Assembly (NCBI RefSeq): GCF_018977255.1
Contig: NW_024704743.1
Span: 45,200,001-45,264,000, forward strand
Direction of reading: 5' to 3'
DNA: 64,000 bases
Source of the DNA: Callorhinchus milii
Lineage: Eukaryota
Positions within the stretch are counted from its first letter, which is position 1. Every line of letters begins with the position of its first letter. The translations under genes were made by a program, and so were the position numbers. A model generated the notes under the pieces. The model did not search any database, had not been told where the DNA came from, and saw only the letters and a list, made by a program, of their open reading frames with translations. Of the stretch, positions 12,001 to 25,235 are shown piece by piece.

Positions 12001-15000
12001 AGATTAATCTGATTTGATTAATGTTAATTATGATCCTCTGATAACTAGTTACCATGGATATCTTGTAACTCATCAGATTTTCACACTTTTTGATGTTACA
12101 TACGTCTGAAGCTAGTTATTTTATTCGGTCTTTAAATCGCTAACAGTTCAGGAATGTAAAAGGCATGAAAACGACATTTGTTTAGCGTACTTCACTTCCC
12201 CCTCCTGCTAACCTCAGCCAGCAATGTTGTGTGCCATGAAGGTAAAATGTTCCCATTCCTGGTGAGCTCGTTTAGGCTAAGCTTGAGTCTTGTCCATGGT
12301 TCATGAAGTTAGTATATACTATTCAGTTTGTTTTATTCGTGTCTGAACCTCTGTAAATGTCTTAATAATAATAAATAATCTAGTGCAGAAAGTCAGATAT
12401 CTGCACCCTACTTATCCACATATCCATTTATCTGAGCCTCGCTTGAGCTTTCCCCTCCCTCCATCTCATCCACGGATTATGCTCTAGGGTGGAAGTGGCA
12501 AGATAATAGGAAGTGATAACAATACAAAAAAAATCTTGATTTGGTTCCCCATACAGTTGCTAAAGACTTGATCCGGTCAATCGGACTGTGAATTTCATTC
12601 TTATACGAAATCTACAGAAACCTACAATTAGAATCAGAAAAAGAAGAGCAGAGCGAGAGAGGGCATGCGGAGCCGAGAGTGTAAGGGGGTGCAGGGATTG
12701 AGAAAAGGAGGGAGTGAAAGAGAGAGAGCAACCAGGTGGGTGGAACCAAGAGAGCTAGTTAGTTGAACCTATGCTGCATTTTTTCCAATGCTTTTATATT
12801 GTTCCTGAATGGAATACTTAAAACAATCCATAATACTCTAACTGTGGCTTGAGAAAGGTCTTGTACAATTCTTTACCTACTTGTTTCTGCATCACTGCCT
12901 CCTAAGACAATGTACCTTCTATCTCAACTCTCTACCTCCCAATCAATTTCCTATCCATGACACATTGTGACTTTTGTAAATGACTTCTATATCTTCAACT
13001 GTGGCTCTGTCAAAGAACTTAAGTTAGTCAGACATGTCCTATTTTCCCTAATCAGTTTATAGTTATTCAAACTTAATTTGTCCCAACAACAACTGTAGTT
13101 AAGTAGCACTCCATGCAGGATAGCATCATGGAGCGTTGCATAGTGGCGGGGTTGGATGACAGGCAAAGGTGAGAGGGAAGTTACCATAGGCAACATCAAA
13201 GAGGTAGGTCTTGTGAGATTTAAATATATAAAGGGGTCAAGGTGGAGAATTTGAGACAGGATATTCCAGAGGGTAGGGATGTAGTGGTTGAAGTGTAGAT
13301 AATTAGTCTGGCCATCGATGTTGGTATGGAGGAGTTACGGGATGTACAGCAAGCCTATGTCACATGAGCAAAGGGGGCAGGCAGAGGACTGGGGTACAGA
13401 GAGGGAGGGAGGTGCTAGATAAGATCAGTAATGAATTCTAATCATTTTCCCGTTCCTGTTACTGATTCAAAATCACTGTTGTTTTGTTATTGTTTTTTCC
13501 CTTCCTTTCTTCCTGAAAAATGGCATCACATTCCTAGTTTTCAATTCTCCCAAATTCATAGAGGTTTAAAAGACTAATTGCAATTGATAGAACACTCTTC
13601 ACTCAGATATCTCAAAATGCTTCATAGAATATATACTATGAAGTGTAATGATTATATATTTTATAGTCAAACATAGTAGCCAATTTTGCACACAGCAATG
13701 TCCAACAAACAGCCATGAATTGAATGACCAATTTTATCATGGGGTCTTTAGTATCCACCTGAACAGACAGACAAGACCTCAATTTTGAGGATCACTATTT
13801 CATCTCCCTTAACTCTTCCATCGCACTCCCTGGCACCTAACCCACTTCTATCTCTTACTGCCCCTGGGAAACAATTGCACCCCCCCCCACCTCTGCCACC
13901 CTTCAGTTAACCGAACCCCTGCACCTCCTCCCGTAACAACCTTACTTCCTCAATGACTCTCCTCCACAACTCCCTGTCTCCTACTCTCAACACCCTTACC
14001 CCCATCACCTCCTGCAGGACTCCTACTCCCACAAGTTCTCTTGCTATACCAATCACCTCTGCTCCCTCAAGTCACAGGCGCTTGCCATTGAACGCATCTG
14101 GCTCAATTCCAATTTTACGGTTCACCGCCAGACCTGGCTGGACTGTGTCAAAATCTATTGGTCCGCACTCGCCTCAGCTCAGCTAAATTGTCCTCTTCTT
14201 TTTAACATTTACTTGCTCCCGATATGGGATATCATCTGCCTCTCTGAGGCCTACTGACAAGTCAGGCTGGCTGGTCTGTCATCAGCAGTGCCTTAAACAG
14301 TACACCAGGCCGATTGGCTCAGGAACTGGACTACCAAGACCATCACAGAGCGATGACTCAATTCCAGCATTCAGTTGGCAAGCAATGCACTGAGAGGCTC
14401 TCCTTGGAGCCAGCTCAGCTTCAAGGAGATCCCATTTATCTCCCCCCCATGGAGAATACTGGTTGGTGACTCATACAACTAAAGCCATACAGCTCATTAC
14501 CACTGAAGACTTTTGCAAATCACTACAAATCTAGAATCTGCATCTAAATGAAAATTTACTCCTTGATCCTAACAAAAGCACAATTTAATCATTAAAAGGG
14601 CTCAATCGGTAATAAAATAAAAATTAATCAATCCTAACAGGTTCGTAATAATCCAGTTTTATTGCATTGACAAATAATGAAATAACTAAATACATTAATT
14701 ACAAAATAAATACTTAATTGATTAATTGTACAAAATTAATAAAATTACTATCATTCTCCATTAAATAACTTCCACTTATAAAGCATGCTTCACGTAGGGT
14801 AATAGTGATGCATATCACAGGGACACTGTCAGATATTAAGAAAGGGAGGGTGGTAGGTAACTGTAGACGCAGTCAAAGAGATAAGACTTTTAGGTGGGAT
14901 TTAAAAACAGAGATGGGTAGAGATGGGGGGAGTTCCACTCAGTGTGGGCAAGTTACTGAAGACTTGACCATCAATAATGAGGTGGGGGACGCCAGTTTGC

Positions 15001-15710
15001 CGAGCGGAGAAGTAAAGCAGAAGAGTGCGATAAATGATCACAAAGAGGTGCTGGGACATGAAGGGATTTTTAGGTGAGGACCTTAAAATCAATTCTCTGA
15101 GAGTCAATGACAGTTTTCTTAGTTATGCAAAATCTACGATCAGCTTGCACTCGAGCACTGCCACATTTTAGGAAATTTTGTGAAGTGAATGCTCAAGTTT
15201 TTTTTATAAAAAAGGCAGGGCTTTCCTGATGGTCTAGAGGGGGTAAATCTATTACCTGGTATAGCACTAGGCTATAGAGATTGGGACACTATCTCCACCT
15301 ATACTACGGAAGGAAATCTGCCAGAGTGACTGCTATTAAACGTGATCCAGTGACTCCAACTTGAATGTGTGCATGAAAATTGGATGAAAACAATCAGGCT
15401 CGTTTGTGCTACCGTCTAGGTTGAATATCATGTCAACACTCACTGTTTAGGCTCACACATGAAAATGCACCTAGGCAAGGCACTGGAAGACTGCCATTTG
15501 TGTCTACAAAACTATACCCCAGCAAAAGCCAGCCCAAACAAAAGACATTTTAGACAATTAAAAAAGTATTTTGTCCCAAATAGGGGCAGTGACATGATGA
15601 CAATTATCTACACCCATGTTTACAAACCTGAGGGTGGGTGGAAGTCTTGCTCAACATAATCCCTTTTGAAATCCTGTGTTCCAATCAGGCTTCAATCAGT
15701 AACACAAACA

Positions 15711-15870
15711 AAAAATATTGAAAATGTACAGTAGTTTGATCAGCATCTGAAAAAGAAAGATGGGTCACACCCAAGACATTAACCTATCCTTTTCAGATGT
15801 TAACTGACCTACTGTGCAATTCCAGCATTTTTTACTTAATCTCAGTTTTCTAATATTAACTGTTTTTTCT
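15711..15870. mobile_element. Penelope-type fold-back element remnant
   Basis: Imperfect inverted arms (cagcatctgaaaaag / cttttcagatgtt...ttccagcatttt) around gggtcacaccc; resembles the common shark Penelope terminus (from recollection). Confidence 0.55.
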
Positions 15871-18800
15871 ACTAGTCTCAGGAGTATCATATATTTCATT
15901 CTTTGTTAATGCAGTCAAACCAGAATTTTACAAATCTACAAGGACTGACTTTTTTTTATCATGTGCTCATCTTAAAGGTTTAGCTACTTTAATAATTATA
16001 AATGGTGCTTCTATTAGTACCAGGGTTTAGAAATCAAGCAGGGTTTAGAAATTTAAACCAAAAGTGTTCCCTACAACAATTCTTAAAATAGACTACAATG
16101 CTCACTTCATCTAAAATGTCAGAATGTTGAATACAAGTTTGGAAAAGACATTTTTAAAAAAATGACTTTTGTATATTGGGTTAAATGACATTTACTACAC
16201 ATAAATTATAAAAGTTTCTTCACTGTTAACACTGCACATAGCTTCTCATTTTATTTCACTCCCATGTTTATCTATTTTTCAACTGTGCTGACAAACTGGC
16301 ATCTAAACTGTAAACAATACACATCATACCGGTACATAAAAGCAGAAATGATGATTGTATGGAGACTATACTGAAAAAGAAAAACACTAAGAGGTTTTGG
16401 CCTTTCCTTTTGATTTCTCAATTAGAAAATAAAAATCACTATCATAACAAAGGGAACTTGCTTTTTTGTTTGGTCAGCCGGGTTTGTCAAATGCAGAAAT
16501 GCGGTTGAGTGAGTAGGTGCAGATTGCAGAATTTAGGCGAGAATTCAACCCAGGTGCCAGTGATAAGTTCCACCAAGATTTTACTCAAGGGTGAAATGCT
16601 GTCAGCAATTCCCAAAAGTGATTTTGCAGACGAATGGTTGTGCTATGAGAAGCACATACATGTTTTGTCAATGATCCATACTGACTGACCTAATACAATA
16701 TATACCAGATTGTATATACCAGATTGCCAAATTACCTAGATTACCAGACAATCAAATTGACCTAGTTCAATTACGATTGTTTCCCTTCTCCAGAATGGAC
16801 AATATGATTTGTTTAACACACCAGGCAAACCAGTTGCAAAGACAATTTTCATAAAGAATTTAAAACATTGATTCAGCACACAACCAGACTGCATATTCTA
16901 AAATAGTACAACATTGTTCCCTTTTAAAGAAAGTAAGTACCTGAAGTGCTTATTTTGATAGAAACAAAAAACACTGAATTATCAATGTATTTTCCTATTT
17001 CTGGAATATTTTTAGTATTGCTAAGGATTAACTACCTAAACCAATGTTTTATTATAGGCCTTGGTTAGTCTGAGCTCGATCATTTGCACCTATGTGATCA
17101 GTGCATACCACAGAATAAGTTTGGAAGGAGCAAAGCTGAGTACAGCTGAAATTTGTAGTAACCAAGAAAGGAATTTCTGAGGTCATTCAATAAGAGAGAA
17201 GCCAGACAATTGCAAATTGGTGACACCAATATTAGGAGGTCCATGCATATGCATAACCCTCCTCAGCCCTGAGCAATGTAACTTGAATCATGATTCAATC
17301 AGGCTTCCATCTTGGTCTGTTGCTGGAAATGATATTCATTCACAAATCCAGCAGTATATTAATCTTATTGTATATAGAAAGCAGAGCATTTACTGGGAAG
17401 TTGATTACATTTGCTGGGTTACTTGATATGAATAAAACTTAAGCAGCGATTCAGTAGTTGACTAACTCAGCTAACATGGGTTTCACCAGAGAACAGTTAC
17501 CACAAAAAAGTGACAAAAACAATGGATTTTGCAACTGAAGCTTGAAATTAATAAATATTGTGGAAACAAAATATTGTGCAAACACTAATACTGGATGAAA
17601 ATATAACACATCCAACCTTTTAAAATGTTGCTTTAGATATTATGTTGATGCTGTTACTTCAATTCAACTCCTTTAATTCCTACATTTTATTGCAATTTCA
17701 CATATAAAAATGAGGTCAGCAATGCATTTGCTCTATACCTCGAAGAGGTAGTTTTGGCAGTATATTGTTTCACATCATTCCAATATAAATGTTCTGCAAT
17801 GGTTGCATAAGAATCAGATATAAATTTAGTGCATAAAAGAGCAAATTCTTGCCTATGCTTCACAAGTATTCCACTGGAACAGTCTAAATTTCCTTGCTTT
17901 CTTCCTTGCTTTTTATTTGTTATTCTTCATAGAAAATCTATTTTGGAAACAAGTTATTGGCTAGTCCAATCTTTTAAGAACTGGTACTATATTCAGATCA
18001 TCCAGTAGTGCATTCACCCACTGAACTTCCAATGTTGAAATATCTTAATACCATTATTTAATTTATCTCCCTACATTTTTATTAGTCATCTATAACGTGC
18101 CTATTCTGGAACACGTTATTACATCTCGTTCATATATCTCCCTCCACTTCTACTTGAGCCCCTCCAGTCTGGTTTACGCCCTAGAGTCAGTGCTTGTCAA
18201 AATCACAAATTATGACCTCTCTTTCTCTTTGACCAGAGCTCCCTCTGCTCCTTGTCCTCCTGGAAATCTCCGCTGCATTCAACACAGTTGATCATGCAGT
18301 CTTCCTCCATCACCTCTCCTCCCTCATACACCTCAGTGGGACCGTGCTCGTCCGGTTCGAGTCTTACTAAACCAACCACTATCGCATATGCCATGCTGAA
18401 TTTGAGCTTAATCTGATCAAACTGTAATTTAACACATGTCATCAATAAGTGCTTTGAGACATCTTTCTAATGTGAAACGTGCTATATAAATGCTATTGTA
18501 CTGAATCACTATGCTTGAAGATCCAAACCAAACAGAATTCCACAAATGTATGCTACCTATACATGAAAATGTTTCAGTGTCTGGAATGGAATATATACCC
18601 TCCACATCTCTTACCTAATTCCAGAAAGTATTAGGCTCATGTGCGTGAGACTCAAGGCTTGGGGGGCTCCAGAAGGTATGTTGGAGTACTGCTGGAGTTT
18701 CAAACAAAATTGATTTGGATGAAGAAAACCTTTGGGCCCACCCGATTTCATCCTTATAATACTCACCCTACTGTCTTTCTATCACAGCATCAAGCTGTGT

Positions 18801-18939
18801 TTTTTAATTGAGTCCAGTGTCTAAGCCTCAACAACACCCTTCCTGACAACCTGTTCCAGTCTATTTGGGTAAATACCCTCTGGGCAAAGACAAATTTCCT
18901 GGTGTCTGCCCTGCAATTGCCCAAATTTGTGGTTTGACA

Positions 18940-19410
18940 CTTCCTTCGACCTCCGCAACATTGCTTGCCTCCACCATTTCCTCTTCCTCAGGCTGCCGAG
19001 ACCCTTTTCCATCACATCCAGCTTTGACTGTGCCAACTCTCTGCTCACCAACTTCCCAACTCTTCCCTCCACAAGATGGAGCTGATGGAGATTATTCAGA
19101 TCTCTGCAGCTTGTGTCCTCTCCCATACCAAGCTCCTTGAGCTTATCATTCCCATCCTTGCCCAACTCCACCTCTTCCCCATCTCCCAGAGGATCGAGTT
19201 CAATATCATTTCCCTCACTCTTAAAACTCTCCATGGTCTTGCCTCACCCTACTCTGCAACCTACTAAATCCTTATCAACCCACTCACTACTTCCGCTGGC
19301 AGGCATTGGTCTGCTTCCACCTTCTGGAACTCTGTGCCCAAAGTCTATTCTCGCCCCTTCCCTTGCTTTCTTCTAGGTATGTCTCAAGGCCTTGATCATG
19401 CCTTCAGTCA
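18940..19410 (+). mobile_element. Decayed L2 3' fragment
   Basis: IIQISAACVL...LHLFPISQRIEFNIISLTLKTLHGLASPY. Confidence 0.75.
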
Positions 19411-20982
19411 TCTTCCCACCCCATCACATCTGAAGATTGTTTGTACACAGGGCTAAATGTGGTAAGCTTGACCTGCGTTGGGACCTTGCTGTCCTTGAAA
19501 AGCACGACCAGAGCGGCCTTCGCACCTTCTCTGCGTGGTGTTTTAGGACTGTGACCAACCAAGAGGTTGGTGTCCACCACAACCCCAAGGTCTGACAAGA
19601 ATCAACAATTGGGACTGATGCCTCATGTATCTCCATCAATTCCCTTAAGGTTAAAATAATAAATTGGTCCCTCAATTCACAATTGTTTGTGGGACATTGC
19701 AGTGCGCAATTGTCTGCTGCGTTTCGCCCACAAAGTGTACAGTCAATTCACTTTATAGTATATTCTATGAAACGCTTTGAGACATCTTGGAGACATGATA
19801 CGGAACTATATCAAATGCAAGGATTATTCTTATTATTGAGCCATACAGGAGCATGATTTGTACTTGGAGGCACCCAACTTCATATCCAACCAGGTGGCTC
19901 AGTGTTCAAGATTGTGAGTGCAGCACAAAAGGTCTGCAAACAAATAATACCTCCCGCAAAATTGTCGCAATCCCGGAACAGATACACCAAATCCACCCCC
20001 CTTAATGGCTTCCAACAGGTCATTGATGAATAAATCGAATAAGGTGGGTGACAATGGGCAACCTTGCCTCACCCCCCCTTTCAAGGGGAATGGACTCAGC
20101 AAGTCCAACAACAACCCTTACACAGATATTGAAGTTGGAATACACATTCAGGATAAAATCCAAGATTTGGCCATGTATTTCCATGACTTCCAGTTTCACT
20201 ATGAAGACTTCATGAGATCCTAGGTTGAAAACCTTGCAGAAGTCAATGAACTCAATGTCGGTGGGTTTCCCTTAATCTTACAGAAGCCAGCCTTCCTGAT
20301 CAAACCACGAGCCTCCAATATGTGATTGGAATATACATATTGGATATATGCCATTGCGATACACATGCAATGACTACCCCGACAACTGATATCAGTGACA
20401 TCCCTCTCCTGTTCTCAGTCTCACGAGGGTCACCTTCTTGTGGATAGAAACCATGATCTGGAACCCTGACAGAGCGTGTACCTCAGAAAGAGTCCTGTTG
20501 ACCAGCACTAGGAGTGCAGTTCCAAGGCAAGGTGGAGGTTCTTGGCTTGGATCCTTAAGATCCTCACTGTTCTTGATGCCCCCCCCCCAGAACCTTTTAG
20601 GAATGCTGTCCACACTTGCTGCCTTGCCATTATTGCTGCGATGCAGTGTTCACCTCCTTCTAAGGACAGGGTCATTAAGGCCTTCAATCCGTTCCACACC
20701 TCCTGTCAGATATTCCAACCTCCATGCAGATGGATCTCTGCTACACCAACTCCCACCAATGTTCCCACTAGACCCCAACAATACCCTCATGGGTCTGTTG
20801 AAGAACACCATATTGTGTAACACTGGTATGAGCCCCTCTGGCCATGACCAACAAACTTCATCCCAAGGAAGAAAATTTGTGATTGTTATTGTGTAGTTGC
20901 GCCCCTTCTAGAGTGATGCAACACACTGATACCACTTCATTTCTCTAATAACCTTCCTGGCTTCATGTCATACTTGGTCATA

Positions 20983-21832
20983 ACCTGGGCCAATAGAAAA
21001 GTGCAGTCGCACTTTTTCCATGGAATCCATTACAAGCACCCTCCTTGTAGCGGATTATTACAAACCCGAAATATATGTAGTTGGTGGCCAATGGGCTTGC
21101 CAGCTGTTTACCTGACGTCACTGGGGGCGGGGCGGTTCTGGACGCATATGCATGGCGAAAGTGGCAAATGGGTTTCAGTCGGAGGACCCGCTGTTGTGAT
21201 TGTCTGTGTGTCTCTCTGTGTGTTTGTGTGTGTGTGTATGCAAGAGTTTGAGTGTGTATCATTGTCTTGTGCGTATGTCTCTCAATACGCATTTGTGAGT
21301 GTCTATATCTCTCTGTGAGTTTGTCTGTGTTTCCCTCTCCTTTGTGTGTTTGTGAATGTGTCTCTCTACGTGTTTGTCAGTATCTATGCGAGTGTGGGTC
21401 TCTCTGAAAATGTGTGTCTCTCTCTGTATTTGTGTGTCTCTCTGTGTCTCTGAATGTGTATGTTTGTGTCCCTCTCTCTCTCCCTCTGTGTCTGTGAGTG
21501 TGTGTCTCTCTCTGGGTGGTGTGTGGGATGCTGGGCTTGGAGAGTTGCTGTGGTGTCTCATCCCCCCACAACCAAAAGGCCACACAGTTTTTGTTAAAGA
21601 AGCAATAAATATTTTTTTCAATAATCTAATATGTTTTATTGCCTCACGTTTAGCTTTTAAATTAATAAAGTGAAAAAATGTAGGTTGGCAGTAAAATATA
21701 CCTCAATAGCACCAATCAATGCCCCGCCATTTTCTGCAAAACCTGTCAAAAATGTCCCTGCAATTTCCCGCAAAATCTGCAATCTCCCCGCCATTTTGGG
21801 CAAATATTTCTGGCTTTTCTATTGGCCCAGGT
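20983..21832. mobile_element. 850-bp non-autonomous DNA transposon, perfect 19-bp TIRs, 4-bp TSD (CATA)
   Basis: ACCTGGGCCAATAGAAAAG at 20983-21001 and its reverse complement at 21814-21832; CATA on both flanks; excision restores the host LINE frame. Confidence 0.85.
21200..21525. repeat. Degenerate (TG)/(TC) low-complexity microsatellite inside the TIR element
   Basis: Interspersed gtgtgt and ctctct runs. Confidence 0.85.
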
Positions 21833-22499
21833 CATACCTTGCCTTTGCTGCAGCTTTAGCTTCCTCCAAGGAAGATTCCAAAACCGCTTTAAAGGCTTTT
21901 TACTTTCATCTAACAGCTTTCCTTCCCTGTGTGATTACCTTTACAGGGTCTTGCTTCAAGGACGAGTACCTTGAATGTACAACCTACATCTTACTTGTGA
22001 CCGTCCCATGAGCTATTTATGAAGCATTTTCAATATTGATAATAGGGCATATAATCATGTATTTACATATATTTCTTTGAAAAATATTGATATCTGTATA
22101 AAAAGTTTTTGTAAATAACTCAGTTTTGCATTTTCAAGATTAATAGGACAATAAACATATGAAATTGTAAAATACCCATCAGTCATCACTACCCAGCCAC
22201 AACTCCATGAAATTAGCCTGAGGCAACCACAGACAAGCATTCTATTCATGAGCATAACAGATGTTTAAAATGATAGCGAGGCTACTCTCCAGCCAGGGTA
22301 CTAGGAATATATTGTAGAGCCAGCATAAACTTTGAAAATTCTAATCTATAGATTAGATAGCCTGCTTTTTTAGGTTAGAAAATTCTACAGAAATTTTCAT
22401 TACACCACTGTTACGACTAGCACCTTAGGACAACCTCCCGACGTGAAAGGCACTATACAAATGTAATTTTGTTTGGTGTTGTTAGAGTACCGTGTCCGG

Positions 22500-23492
22500 C
22501 TTTGGGCACCTGAGTTGGGTATCATCCGCATAAACGTCGAAGTTAACCCTATGCCTGCGACACGGGGTTAACTTCCACATTTATGCGGATGATACCCAAC
22601 TATCTCCCTGCCTCCATCCTCAACTCCAGAACAACTGCTGTCCTGATGTCAGACATCAAGTCCTGGATGAGAGACAATTTCCTACAGTTGAAAGTCAACA
22701 AGACCGAGGCTCTCCTGCTTGGCTCCTATCAGCACCTCCTCACCTCAGGCGTCGACAGCGTCACTATTCGTGGATGCACTTTCCACCTCACCCAGCCAGT
22801 ACGGAACCTTGGCATCTTGTTTGAACCTCAAATTTCTACCCCACACCCGTGCCATGACCCGCTCTGCCTTCTCCCACCTCCGTAACATTGCCCGGCTCCG
22901 CCACTACCTCAACCTCCAGGCCGCCAAAACCCTCATCCATATCCATCACATCTAGGCTCGACTATGCCAACTGCCCGCTTGTCAGCCTTCCCAACTCTTC
23001 CTTCATAAGCTGCAGATCATCCAGAATTCTGTAGCTTGTGACCTCTCCTGCCACCAGGCTCCATGACCCCATCACCCTCAGCCTGCTCCACATCCCCAGA
23101 GAATAGTTTTCAAAATCCTCGTCCTCGCCGACAAGGCTGTCCACGGCCTTGCTCCTCCCGACCTGCTGACCCTCCCTACGCTCAGCAGGCTGTGGCCTGC
23201 TCCATGTCCCCCAGCCTGCCTCACCATCGATATTTGGGCCTTCAGCCTTTCTGCCCCAGCCTTATGGAATTCCATCCCACATTCACTTCGCCTGGCTCCC
23301 TTACTTGCCTCCTTCAAGGGACGTCCTGAAACCCTCCTCTTCGACTGAGCCTTCGGCTACCTTCCTATCTTCCCTGCCCTCCATCCTCCTCGATCCTGAC
23401 CCCCAGCTCAGGTCCAAATCCCTGACTGTCTAGCACCTTGGGACATTTTCCCGACGTGAATGGCGCTATACAAATGCAATTTTGTATTGTAT
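22500..23492 (+). mobile_element. 5'-truncated L2 LINE with inverted duplication at its 5' junction
   Basis: YADDTQL, NFLQLKVNKTEALL, VRNLGILF motifs and L2 tail at 23430-23492. Confidence 0.88.
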
Positions 23493-24845
23493 TACCCGTT
23501 CTGCCTTCCCCACCTCCGCTGTCACTATCTCTCCCTTCAGGCTGCTGAAACCCTCCTCCGTCTGTATCGTCAATTTCTATGGTTCTAGGAAGACAAATGT
23601 ACGGGCTTTCAGGAACACTGACTGATGAGGTGAATAAACTTATGACCGATTATATTACTTTTATTATAATAAGTATGTCTAAGGACATTCACGATTCTTC
23701 AAAAGAAAGTTTCCAGTAGCCAATAGAGCAGTACTACACAGTATGCTAATCCATACACCACTATTCCCCATGAAGGGAGTTCTCGCTCTCATTTTACAAT
23801 TGCAAGGTTAAGGTTGTACCTTTACATAGGGAGAAAAAACAAGGTCAACCAGAGTCATTCTTTTATACTTCCAAATGCCAGATTAAAGTATTGTTAGAGC
23901 ACAAATCCATAGCTCAACAAATTGGATGGGAACCGAAAGCATCTGAGACAGGCATTCTATTCATCAAAATTAAGTAAAATTGGGCTTAAAATGAACAATA
24001 TTGTAAATTTTTATCACTTTAAAAAACAAGTTAAACTTAGTGCATAAAAACGACAGATCCTTGACTCTTATTTAACTTGTAAACATTTCTGGATTGAGTA
24101 CATTTGTTATTGGTGGACCTGGCCAGCGGGTGATCTTATCCGGCCCGAGACGATTTCCAACATTCCAATTTCCACTCCCTCAGGAATGTTCTCACTAGAG
24201 CGCGGAGGGTAGAGGCGGGGTGGGGATTCACTGTCAGGACAGATGATCGGAGCCTTCCTCGGCCACCATGGGGGGATGAACAGCTCACAGAAAGCTCCCT
24301 CTTTGCCCACCTCCCTCCCCGTCCAATCTCTGTGACATCCCAACCTAGCTGTTCCGTTTTCAGAACAAGCACCAGCTTGCTTCATGTCCCCCCCCAACCC
24401 CATTTGCCCCACAATCACCATTTTGCCCGCGCTCGCTGGAGTTCCATTCCTAGATTCCTCTTTCAAGGTACGTCAACTTCTAACTCTTTGACCATGCATT
24501 TGGTCATCTTTTCTTCCTCCCTATCTCACCTCTCTCCGTCCCCACCCCAGCTCAGTGGCCTAGCCGACAATGTCAAGATGTCGTTCCAACATGAAAAAGG
24601 TACTGTGTAAATGTTGTTATATTTCTGGAAGGGAAACACAAAATATTGCTTATGCGGACCTTTCTCAAATAGGGAATCTGGCCCATGGCAACCAAAGGTT
24701 GGCCCACCCTGTTCTAGGGGTCTAATAGAATGCAGACAGAATTAAATTTTAATCTATATGTTACAATTTGGTTCTGCGACACAACACTCATTCTGTTGGT
24801 TGGTGAGAGTGCAGAAAGGTACAAGTGTATAGGATGGCAGGAAGC

Positions 24846-25235
24846 TTGCCTCGGAGTCAGAAGGTTATGGGTTCAAGCACACCAGGACTTTGAATTCATA
24901 TAATTTAGGCTGACACTCCAATGCAATACTGGGAGTGTGCCATCCTTTGGCTGAGACGTTAAACCAAGGACCATTTGCTTGTTCACGTGGATATTTAACA
25001 ATCCCAGGGCACTATTCAAGAAGAAAAGGAAGTTTCTCCTGGTGTTGTGACCAATAATCCCCCCCAAATAAAATTGGCCATTAACTTAATTGGTTATTTG
25101 TGGGTCATTGCTGTGCAGAAATTAGTTGTCATGTTTGCCTACAAAATAGTTATTACATTTAGAAGTATATCCAGTGAAGCACTTTTGAGATATCCTCCTG
25201 ATGTAAAATATGCTACATCAAATGTGAAGATCATA
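24846..25235 (+). mobile_element. Deu-type SINE (older subfamily)
   Basis: B-box ggttcaagc, central Deu-like gtgggtcattgctgtgcagaaattagttg, L2-like tail. Confidence 0.7.

Larger units (their letters stand above)
19430..22010 (-). mobile_element. Decayed non-LTR retrotransposon ORF2 (RT) of a non-L2/non-CR1 type, interrupted by a SINE (~19651-19837) and a TIR element (20983-21832)
   Basis: Frameshifted motifs in order: ARKVIRE, KAASVDSIP, SIHKKGDPRETENRRGMSLIS, FIDFCKVF, GVRQGCPLSPTLFDLFINDL, GVSVPGL, LFAD, VPIVDS.LGVVVD. Confidence 0.8.

Noticed and set aside
20965..21673. Cys/Val- and His/Thr-rich ORFs
   Set aside because: Translations of the TG/TC microsatellite inside the TIR element.
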